NCBI GenBank assembly: GCA_902795135.1 | Contig: CADBJW010000002.1 | Location: forward strand, 23,529-87,528 | Source: an uncultured Eubacteriales bacterium | Lineage (GTDB): Bacteria > Bacillota > Clostridia > Peptostreptococcales > Anaerovoracaceae | Direction: 5' to 3' | Length of the DNA stretch: 64,000 bases | Shown: one piece after another, positions 1 through 6,234 of the stretch | Layout: every line of letters begins with the position of its first letter | Position numbering within the stretch: the stretch's first letter is position 1 | Translations under genes and position numbers: made by a program | Notes under the pieces: generated by a model | The model's database searches: none | What the model was told of the DNA's origin: nothing | The model's input: only the letters and a program-made list of their open reading frames with translations

Positions 1-574
1 GCTCAATGAGATCCTTTAACTTTTCACCCTGGTACAGATGCTCCGGAACGATTTTTCTCCGCAAAAGCCCCAGCTTTTGGATCCAGGAGTCCCCTTTGTT
101 GGGATCGACTTTCGAGTGGGTCGTCAGGAAGGACATCATCTTGCCGGTAAACGGGTGGTATCCCGCAAACATGGTGACCCGGATCCAGTTGGCATTGACG
201 CATGCCGCCTCTCTATGGGAGATCATGAATTTGAGAGGGATCCCTGTAGAGCCGCTGGTCCGGAAAACCTCGGTTCTGTCTTCGATGCCCGGATTCTTTT
301 CTATGATGTCCTGCATCCAAAGGCGCATGTCGTTTCGGGTCATGACCGGAAACTTCGCCAAATCTTCTGCTGAGTGGAAATCATCCGGAGTCAGTCCTCT
401 CGACTCAAACCGTTCTCTGTAAAACGGGACTTTGTAGGCCGTCTTCATAATGCTGTGGACTTTTTTATCCTGCTTGGCCTTTGCTTTTTTATAATCCGTT
501 GGCACTTTCTTATCCAGTTTCATCAGATAATACAGTGTCATTACATTCTTAAATTCCTTTTGGATGAATCCCAT
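1..574 (-). CDS. Adenylate-forming enzyme, phenylacetate-CoA ligase / coenzyme F390 synthetase (PaaK/CapK)-like; N-terminal ~191 aa only, 3' end runs off the window
   Basis: Absent from the ORF track because it leaves the window. My own minus-strand translation from ATG 574-572 gives MGFIQKEFKNVMTLYYLMKLDKK...EVFRTSGSTGIPLKFMISHREAA. TSGSTGxPxK is the AMP-binding loop of this family. AGGAGG (rc of 584-589) lies 9 nt upstream. Plus-strand ORFs 6..422 and 38..373 are antisense shadows. Confidence 0.6.
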   Translation of the reverse strand, partial: MGFIQKEFKNVMTLYYLMKLDKKVPTDYKKAKAKQDKKVHSIMKTAYKVPFYRERFESRGLTPDDFHSAEDLAKFPVMTRNDMRLWMQDIIEKNPGIEDRTEVFRTSGSTGIPLKFMISHREAACVNANWIRVTMFAGYHPFTGKMMSFLTTHSKVDPNKGDSWIQKLGLLRRKIVPEHLYQGEKLKDLIE

Positions 575-577
575 GAT

Positions 578-1537
578 CTATAGCCTCCTAAGAGTTTCCT
601 TGAGAATTTCCGCACTGTTCTGCAGTTTCATTCTCTCATCTTTGAGCCACTTTTCTTCGAGTCTGTGTTCCACGCCGTTGACGCCTACGATGGACGGGAT
701 ACTGAGGGCGACGTTTTCAATGCCGTACTCCCCTTCCAGAGGTGAGGTGACCGGCGCGATCGTAAGCCTTTGATTGAGTACTGCATCGGCCAGTGAGCAG
801 ACGCAGGTGGCGATGCCGTAGTGGGTCTTGCCTTTGTCCTTAATGATTTCGGCACCCATGTTCTTGACCTGGTTGTAGAGAAAGTCTTTCTGTTCGTTCC
901 CCCACTCCAATCCAATGTTCGCGCAATACTCCCACATAGGAAGTCCTGCAATGGAAAGCCTGCTCCAAACCGGGAACTGGGAATTACCATGTTCGCCGAC
1001 GATGTTGCATTTGATGGCTTCGATATTCAGATTGGTGTAATTGGCGATGCTCCGGACGAGTCTGGATGTGTCCAGGATACAGCCGGTTCCAAATACCCTG
1101 CCGTTTGGCAACCCCATCCATTCTGCGCATTTGTACGTCAGAATGTCGACCGGGTTCGACACCATGAGGATTACGCCATGGGTATAGTATTTCTGGATTT
1201 CGTTGACAACATCCCGAATGGTATCGATGTTGTCGTAGATCATATCCAGTCGCTCTTCGCCGACTCTCCGGTTTCTACCCGCCGTTACGATAATAAGGTC
1301 GCAGTTTTTGCAATCCGAATAATCGCCGGCTCTGACCGAAGACGTTCCCATATACGGAATGCCGTGCTGGATGTCCAGGGCTTCCCCCATGGCTTTTTGT
1401 TTTTCTGAATCGACCAATACGATTTCACTGGCAAGATCTCGAATCGTCAGGGCGTACGCAATGGATGCTCCAACGAAACCGGAACCTATGATTGCTACTT
1501 TTCTGTTATCGATCGCTGCATATAATTTCCCTGCCAC
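578..1537 (-). CDS. ldh: L-lactate/malate dehydrogenase family 2-hydroxyacid dehydrogenase (LDH-type)
   Basis: 319 aa with a GTG start. Has the Rossmann motif IIGSGFVGASIAYAL, DTSRL, and catalytic GEHGNSQFPVWS (LDH GEHGDS signature). The substrate-loop reads TAGRNRRVGEERLD (see finding). Confidence 0.85.
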   Translation of the reverse strand: MAGKLYAAIDNRKVAIIGSGFVGASIAYALTIRDLASEIVLVDSEKQKAMGEALDIQHGIPYMGTSSVRAGDYSDCKNCDLIIVTAGRNRRVGEERLDMIYDNIDTIRDVVNEIQKYYTHGVILMVSNPVDILTYKCAEWMGLPNGRVFGTGCILDTSRLVRSIANYTNLNIEAIKCNIVGEHGNSQFPVWSRLSIAGLPMWEYCANIGLEWGNEQKDFLYNQVKNMGAEIIKDKGKTHYGIATCVCSLADAVLNQRLTIAPVTSPLEGEYGIENVALSIPSIVGVNGVEHRLEEKWLKDERMKLQNSAEILKETLRRL

Positions 1538-1541
1538 TGTA

Positions 1542-3014
1542 TTAATCCTCCTCCGGATTCATGACTTTCTTAATGTTATTTGAAACTTTCTTTACGGATT
1601 CTTCTTTTGGTACGGAGACGAACAAAGGCCGGTTCATACCCATACTCCAGGTGCCCAGTTCTGCATCATCTCCGTCGATGCACTGACGCTTAATCGTCCA
1701 TTCCGGCATGTCGTCCAGCTGCATTCTGGCCAGCTCTGCCATTTCCTTCTGGCTCATACTCGTCTGCATATCGACTCCGACGGCTTCCAGAATCTCCGTG
1801 TAATTGGCAACCAGCGTCTTCTTGCTGGTGCACTTTTCGAGCAATGCCTTCATGACCTTCTGCTGGTTTCGGATCCTTTGCTCGTCTTCGTCCTTAAAGG
1901 CTTTTCGCTCGCGCAGATACCAAAGGGCATAGGTCCCGTGCATATGGTGCCAGCCCTTGTTAAAGTGCCATCCTTTGACGGAGGAATAGAAATCGATATC
2001 GTTGTAAACATCGATTCCGCCAACGGCATCCACCAGCTTTACGAGCATCTTGAAATTGACCCGGGCATAGTAATTGATATCCACGTTCAGCCAATCTTCA
2101 ATGGTCATAATGGTTTCATCAATTCCATAGACTCCGGAATGGGTCAGCTTATCCATTTCCCCATTCATATGCAGAGGAACGTAAGAATCCCTCGGCATGG
2201 AGGTGAGCAGGATCGTGTGGGTATTTGGATTGACCGTCACGATCATGTTTACGTCACTGCGGGCAACGTCAGAAATCTCGCCTCGGCTGTCGATTCCTGA
2301 AATCAGTACATTGAAGGAATCATGAAGTACGTCGATGTTATCGCTGCTTTCATAAGGCAGTTTCACGGTGATTTTATGGATGACTTTGGTTTCTTTTTTG
2401 AACCCCTGGATGATGTCATCTGTCATATCGTATTCCGGATCACTGATGAAGAGGATGTTGTCCTGCTTGATTCCCGTAAGGGATACCAGCTTTTCTCCGG
2501 CGTCCATACATCCGGTGGTCTCTTCCAGCGTCATATCGACACTGGATTCCAGCTTTTGTTTTGCCTGTGCATAGGTGTCTTTGCCGCTCTTGACGGAGTA
2601 TACGGTCTGCCCTTCGATGTCATCCAGATCCTCGTAGACGCTGTCCTTAAGTACCACCACGTCATAGGTGATGGTCTGGTTCATCTTGGCGCTGATGATT
2701 TCCATTGTCTTATAGGTATCGTACGCGAAGTAACTCCCAACGCAGGAGCAAACAATCATCACGCCACATAGGATGGCTCCAATCAGACGTTTCTTGCTCT
2801 TTGGTTTTCGGTCGTTGATCAGCCAGATCATAAGGCAGTCAATGACAATGATTCCCGCTACCAGGGCGACGATGTATTTGCCCGGCAGGATGTCCAAAGT
2901 CAGGACAAATGCGATCAGCATGATTTCGATGACGAGCACTGCAATCATCAAAATCGAATGACCTGCCGAGGTTGGCATAATATGTAATTTTCTGCTTTTA
3001 GTATTCTCTCTCAT
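1542..3014 (-). CDS. LCP (LytR-CpsA-Psr) family cell-wall glycopolymer transferase, paralog 1
   Basis: 490 aa with an N-terminal TM segment. LCP core: SFNVLISGIDSRG...SDVNMIVTVNPNTHTILLTSMPRDSYV...DKLTHSGVYG...VNFKMLVKLVDAVGGIDV. Confidence 0.85.
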   Translation of the reverse strand: MRENTKSRKLHIMPTSAGHSILMIAVLVIEIMLIAFVLTLDILPGKYIVALVAGIIVIDCLMIWLINDRKPKSKKRLIGAILCGVMIVCSCVGSYFAYDTYKTMEIISAKMNQTITYDVVVLKDSVYEDLDDIEGQTVYSVKSGKDTYAQAKQKLESSVDMTLEETTGCMDAGEKLVSLTGIKQDNILFISDPEYDMTDDIIQGFKKETKVIHKITVKLPYESSDNIDVLHDSFNVLISGIDSRGEISDVARSDVNMIVTVNPNTHTILLTSMPRDSYVPLHMNGEMDKLTHSGVYGIDETIMTIEDWLNVDINYYARVNFKMLVKLVDAVGGIDVYNDIDFYSSVKGWHFNKGWHHMHGTYALWYLRERKAFKDEDEQRIRNQQKVMKALLEKCTSKKTLVANYTEILEAVGVDMQTSMSQKEMAELARMQLDDMPEWTIKRQCIDGDDAELGTWSMGMNRPLFVSVPKEESVKKVSNNIKKVMNPEED

Positions 3015-3022
3015 AGCTATTT

Positions 3023-3051
3023 ATTATATCGTATTCAGCCTTTTTCGTCTA
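3023..3051 (-). promoter_or_regulatory. Candidate sigma-A promoter of LCP paralog 1 (TAGACG-17-TATAAT), only 8 nt upstream of the ATG; possibly a leaderless mRNA
   Basis: rc of 3023-3028 is TATAAT and rc of 3046-3051 is TAGACG, with a 17-nt spacer. No Shine-Dalgarno sequence lies between the -10 and ATG 3014. Confidence 0.35.
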
Positions 3052-3075
3052 TACTTTTGGGGCATGGGCTGGGCT

Positions 3076-3151
3076 GGCTGGGTATTGAGGCAAGGGGCGG
3101 CGGGACTGTGCCCGCGCGCTGTCCTCATCGCCCCTTGCCCATCACCCAGCC
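3076..3151 (+). repeat. G+C-rich hairpin element A, a truncated relative of the 3882-4073 long-hairpin element
   Basis: GGCTGGGT 3076-3083 pairs with ACCCAGCC 3144-3151. GCAAGGGGCG 3090-3099 pairs with CGCCCCTTGC 3129-3138. Loop box 3108-3131 matches 3894-3917 at 23/24 positions. Confidence 0.7.
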
Positions 3152-3230
3152 ACACAAAAAATGAACCGTCTCTTGATATAAAAAATGCTGTTTCTTTAAG
3201 CCTTGCATGGCAAAGCTTTTGCTTTCTTCT
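3131..3230 (+). repeat. Direct-repeat tail, copy 1, ending in a terminator-like hairpin plus T-rich run upstream of the lipoprotein gene
   Basis: By-eye alignment to 4075-4173, roughly three quarters identical. Shared string: TTGATA(T)AAAAAATGCTGTT..TTTAAGCCTTGCAT.GCA..GCTTTT. Hairpin is 3198-3206/3210-3218 with one mismatch, followed by TTGCTTTCTTCTCTTTT. Confidence 0.6.
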
Positions 3231-3274
3231 CTTTTGTGATAAAGTAAAGTCAGTAATGGACGGAGGTGAAGTAT

Positions 3275-3820
3275 ATGAAACGTTTGACATATTTATTGGT
3301 TTCAGGATTGCTCATGATTGGGCTTGTCATTGGTGCCTGCGGATGCGGGTCATCCGGGGACGATAGCGAAAGTGCGGCTTCCCTTAGCGATGCGGCTTCT
3401 ACCGAAGCGGAAGCGAACACAACCAGTCTGGACCATTTCATGGGCGGCTGGGCAACAAGCGACGACCGCAATGGTTGCAACATCGTTGCTTTTGGGGAAG
3501 AGAGCGGCATGATCCGCGTAGAGTTTGCCGGAATCCCGGGCGGTGGATATTATATTATGTTTAATCCGGACGACATCACGTTCGATGGCGACACCATGAC
3601 CTGTGTCAACGGCGTTGCCACTACGGATGGACCCGACGCTACCGATGTGACCTTGACCGCCATTCCTTACGATGGGGTGCCGGGCGACTATCAATTCCAG
3701 CTCGCAAGTGAAACACTGGGATTGGAAAATGATATCCAAAACACCTACCACTACACCAAAGTGACAGACACCGCCGACGAGCTAGACGATTGGATTGATC
3801 AGAACTACAGCTTCGACTAA
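3275..3820 (+). CDS. Small secreted lipoprotein of unknown function
   Basis: GGAGG at 3262-3266 lies 8 nt before ATG 3275 (the ORF track starts at GTG 3266). Signal peptide plus lipobox: MKRLTYLLVSGLLMIGLVIGAC-GCGSSGDD. I recognise no family. Confidence 0.7.
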   Translation: MKRLTYLLVSGLLMIGLVIGACGCGSSGDDSESAASLSDAASTEAEANTTSLDHFMGGWATSDDRNGCNIVAFGEESGMIRVEFAGIPGGGYYIMFNPDDITFDGDTMTCVNGVATTDGPDATDVTLTAIPYDGVPGDYQFQLASETLGLENDIQNTYHYTKVTDTADELDDWIDQNYSFD

Positions 3821-3881
3821 ATGTGCCAAAAGGGGCGGTTCTTTTTGACATATTTTGAGTGCTTCGTGATATGGGCAACAA

Positions 3882-4073
3882 GCTGGCGAAACCGTGCCTG
3901 CGCGCTGTCCTCATCGCTGACGATCACAACGGCTCATTCACAGAGAATCGAACTCCGCCGAAACTCGGGACTACGTCCCTCAGACAGTCGGCGGAGTTTT
4001 GCTATTCTCTTTGCTCGTCTCGCCGGTGATCGTGACAGCTCCTGCGGATGCACCCTGGCACGGTCCCGCCAGC
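3882..4073 (+). repeat. Long-hairpin element copy B1 (~190 nt); candidate structured ncRNA or REPIN/ERIC-like palindromic repeat
   Basis: Nested helices: 3882-3888/4067-4073, 3891-3898/4057-4064, 3916-3919/4036-4039, 3921-3927/4026-4032, 3930-3933/4022-4025, 3942-3948/4004-4010 and 3951-3960/3989-3998. The apical loop is 28 nt. Homologous to rc of 4174-4372. Confidence 0.75.
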
Positions 4074-4074
4074 C

Positions 4075-4173
4075 GCTTCCCCATCGCCCAGCTACTCAAA
4101 AGGAAAAAACCATCCCTATTGATAAAAAAATGCTGTTCATTTAAGCCTTGCATTGCAGGGCTTTTTTATTTTT
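4075..4173 (+). repeat. Direct-repeat tail, copy 2 (homologous to 3131-3230), containing a rho-independent terminator
   Basis: Same conserved string as copy 1. See the terminator feature at 4143-4173. Confidence 0.6.
4143..4173 (+). terminator. Rho-independent terminator, plus strand; probable end of the lipoprotein / B1 transcript
   Basis: AAGCCTTGC 4143-4151 pairs with GCAGGGCTT 4155-4163 (one G-U pair, 3-nt loop). It is followed by TTTTATTTTT. Confidence 0.7.
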
Positions 4174-4372
4174 GCGGGGAGGGGCACGTGATGGCCGGGT
4201 GCATTCCGCAGATGCAGCCGCGGTCAGACGCGATGAGAGCAAGGAGAATCGCAAAGGCCTGGACACTGTCTGAGCGGAGCGAGTTTGTCCAGGTCTCGAT
4301 TCTCTGCGAAGGAGCACAGCTGACCGCCTGCAGCGAGGACAAGCACCCGGCCATCAGGGGCACCTCCCCCGC
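4174..4372 (-). repeat. Long-hairpin element copy B2 (~200 nt), inverted relative to B1
   Basis: Helices: GCGGGGAGG 4174-4182 with CCTCCCCCGC 4363-4372, GATGGCCGGGTGC 4190-4202 with GCACCCGGCCATC 4343-4355, GCGGTCAG 4220-4227 with CTGACCGC 4320-4327, GAGAATCG with CGATTCTC, and GGCCTGGACA 4256-4265 with TGTCCAGGTC 4286-4295. Its reverse complement aligns to B1 with conserved loop motifs. Confidence 0.75.
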
Positions 4373-4464
4373 AGGAAGTAAAAAGGCTGTTCCACCGTCC
4401 ACTGGACGCTTCCACTGACGCCGAGGCCCGTTCGGGTTCGAGTCCCTCCATCTTACGGCTCGTC

Positions 4465-4506
4465 AAAAAAAGAAACAGGCGCCTTGCAGGCGTCTATTTC
4501 TTTTTT
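4465..4506. terminator. Bidirectional rho-independent terminator; ends tRNA-Arg on the minus strand and is usable on the plus strand
   Basis: AGGCGCC 4477-4483 pairs with GGCGTCT 4489-4495 (loop TTGCA). It is flanked by an A-run at 4465-4471 and a T-run at 4497-4506. Confidence 0.8.
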
Positions 4507-4581
4507 GGCGAGGCACCTGGGACTCGAACCCAGAACCAACAGATTCGAAGTCTGGTACTCTATCCGTTGAGCTAGTGCCCC
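4506..4581 (-). tRNA. tRNA-Arg (anticodon TCG)
   Basis: 76 nt by hand folding: GGGGCAC acceptor, D-arm GCTC/GAGT, anticodon loop CTTCGAA, T-arm CTGGG-TTCGAGT-CCCAG, encoded CCA. Confidence 0.9.
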
Positions 4582-4623
4582 GTGTTATACGTCTGTTAAA
4601 ATGATTGTCTCATGGTCAGGACA

Positions 4624-6234
4624 TCAAAGTGCCTGGCCCGTGCTTTCTTCTGTGGTGTCCGTATCCGTTACGTCGGTTGAGTCCGTTTCACCCGTCGCTT
4701 CCGTGGACTCCTGTGTTTCCGAAGCCTTTGATTCTTTCTGCTCCTGCAGAGTCTGCGTGTTGTCTACCGGGAACATGGTGTCGTGGATTGCTTGTTTTGC
4801 CTTCTCTACCGTTTCCTCATCCGGGAATACACAGGATAAGGTCTGACCACCCATACTGAAGCAAGGGGCGCCACCCGTGGTGCCGATAATATTCGTGCGG
4901 GTCACGGTCCACTTCTTCATATCGTGGAGCTGCATTTTCGCCAGCTTCCTGAGATCATTGTCGGTCATATCGGTCTTCATTTCATCCTCTACAACATTGA
5001 GAATGCTTGAATACCTGGTCAGGATAACCTTACTGCTGGTTACCTTCTTGATCAGCGCTTGCAAAACGATTTGCTGGTTTTCATTCCGCTTCATATCGCC
5101 CATGGCGAAGGACTTTCTCTCACGGGCAAACCAAAGGGCGTAGTGCCCGCCCATGTGATGCCAGCCCTTTTTATAGTGCCAGCCTTTGACGGAAGAATAG
5201 AAGTCCTCATCACTGTAAACGTCGATCCCGCCGATGGCGTCAATGAGATCGCAAAGCATGGAGAAGTTGATGCGAATCGTGTAGTTGATATCGATATCGA
5301 GATAATCTTCAATGGTCGCCTTTGTTTCCTCTTCCCCATAAATACCGGAGTGAGTCAGCTTGTCCTTTTCCCCATAGGAATGCAGTGTTACATAACTGTC
5401 TCTCGGAATGGACGTAAGCAGGACCTGCCTGGTCGTCGGGTTGACCGTCATGATCATATTGACGTCACTGAGTCCGCCCTGATCGATGGTGCCCCAGGAG
5501 TCGATTCCGGAAATGAGAACATTAAAGGAATCCTTCGTCACTTCAACACGTTTGCTGTTATCGTTGGCTCTCTTTTGGACTTTGATTTTGTAAATCGCCT
5601 GGGTGTTATCCTTGTAGCCCTCGATGTTCTGCTTTAGAATTTTGTCCTCCGATTTGGAGAGCAAAATCAGTTCGTCATGGGTCTCACCGTTTTCATCAAC
5701 CAGCTTATGCCCTGCTTCCAGGAGGTTGGATGTCTTCACATAGTTCACTTCCTCCTTGGTAACAAGACGTTCCTTTGCCTCGGTAAGCTGCTTGGACCGC
5801 ATGCCCACCACGTTCACATCTTTGCCTTTGATGTCGTGAACATCCTGGTAGCTGCCATCCTTCAGCGCAACGACCTGATAATATTCCCAGGATCCGCGCA
5901 GCGTACTGATCTTTTCCAGGGTATCGTAGGTGTTGTACATATAGTAATCGCCGACCAAAAGCAGATTCATCATGAATACAACGATGATCATTCCGATCAA
6001 AGACTTAATGTCCCGCCGTTTCTTGCTGTTGAACATGATCAGTGCGATCACGTCTACCGCAACAAACAAGGCGATGACCGCCAGCAAATACTTAAACGGC
6101 AGAATGTCCAGTGCCAATAAGAACAGCAAAAACAGTGCCTCAGCGAATAATATCAGCAGAACGAAAATGCTTTGGCTGATCTTATCGGGCAATATATGAA
6201 AATTTCTGAAAAACCTTCTTTTAGAATCTTTCAT
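4624..6234 (-). CDS. LCP (LytR-CpsA-Psr) family protein, paralog 2, with an acidic Thr/Glu-rich C-terminal tail
   Basis: 536 aa with the same architecture as paralog 1: SFNVLISGIDSWG...SDVNMIMTVNPTTRQVLLTSIPRDSYV...DKLTHSGIYG...DAIGGIDV. Its ATG overlaps the thrS stop (TAATG). Confidence 0.85.
   Translation of the reverse strand: MKDSKRRFFRNFHILPDKISQSIFVLLILFAEALFLLFLLALDILPFKYLLAVIALFVAVDVIALIMFNSKKRRDIKSLIGMIIVVFMMNLLLVGDYYMYNTYDTLEKISTLRGSWEYYQVVALKDGSYQDVHDIKGKDVNVVGMRSKQLTEAKERLVTKEEVNYVKTSNLLEAGHKLVDENGETHDELILLSKSEDKILKQNIEGYKDNTQAIYKIKVQKRANDNSKRVEVTKDSFNVLISGIDSWGTIDQGGLSDVNMIMTVNPTTRQVLLTSIPRDSYVTLHSYGEKDKLTHSGIYGEEETKATIEDYLDIDINYTIRINFSMLCDLIDAIGGIDVYSDEDFYSSVKGWHYKKGWHHMGGHYALWFARERKSFAMGDMKRNENQQIVLQALIKKVTSSKVILTRYSSILNVVEDEMKTDMTDNDLRKLAKMQLHDMKKWTVTRTNIIGTTGGAPCFSMGGQTLSCVFPDEETVEKAKQAIHDTMFPVDNTQTLQEQKESKASETQESTEATGETDSTDVTDTDTTEESTGQAL

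Noticed and set aside
6-583. Plus-strand ORFs 6..422, 38..373 and 374..583 at the window start
   Set aside because: The minus strand here encodes a clean PaaK-like N-terminus with an RBS and an AMP-binding motif. The plus-strand products have no recognisable features.
3076-4173. Integron-like cassette (ORF flanked by attC-type imperfect palindromes)
   Set aside because: I found no RYYYAAC/GTTRRRY core sites. No integron integrase or other tyrosine recombinase is in the window. There is a single cassette only, and the flanking elements carry their own terminators.
4373-4465. Possible tmRNA, tRNA-Sec or other tRNA pseudogene because of the GGGTTCGAGTCCC T-loop-like motif
   Set aside because: I could not build an acceptor stem, D-arm or anticodon arm around it. 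There is no tag-peptide reading frame or tmRNA 5' GGGG..., and no CCA end. It is kept only as a possible fragment or scar in the findings.
3821-4466. ORF-track entries 3821..4144(+), 3999..4418(+), 4166..4402(-), 4224..4466(-), 3639..3914(-), and 3024..3290(-)/3064..3366(+) around element A
   Set aside because: They have no Shine-Dalgarno sequence and run straight through palindromes and a rho-independent terminator. They exist on both strands, as expected for G+C-rich stop-poor DNA, and their products are low-complexity Arg/Pro/Ser-rich. I treat them as non-coding.
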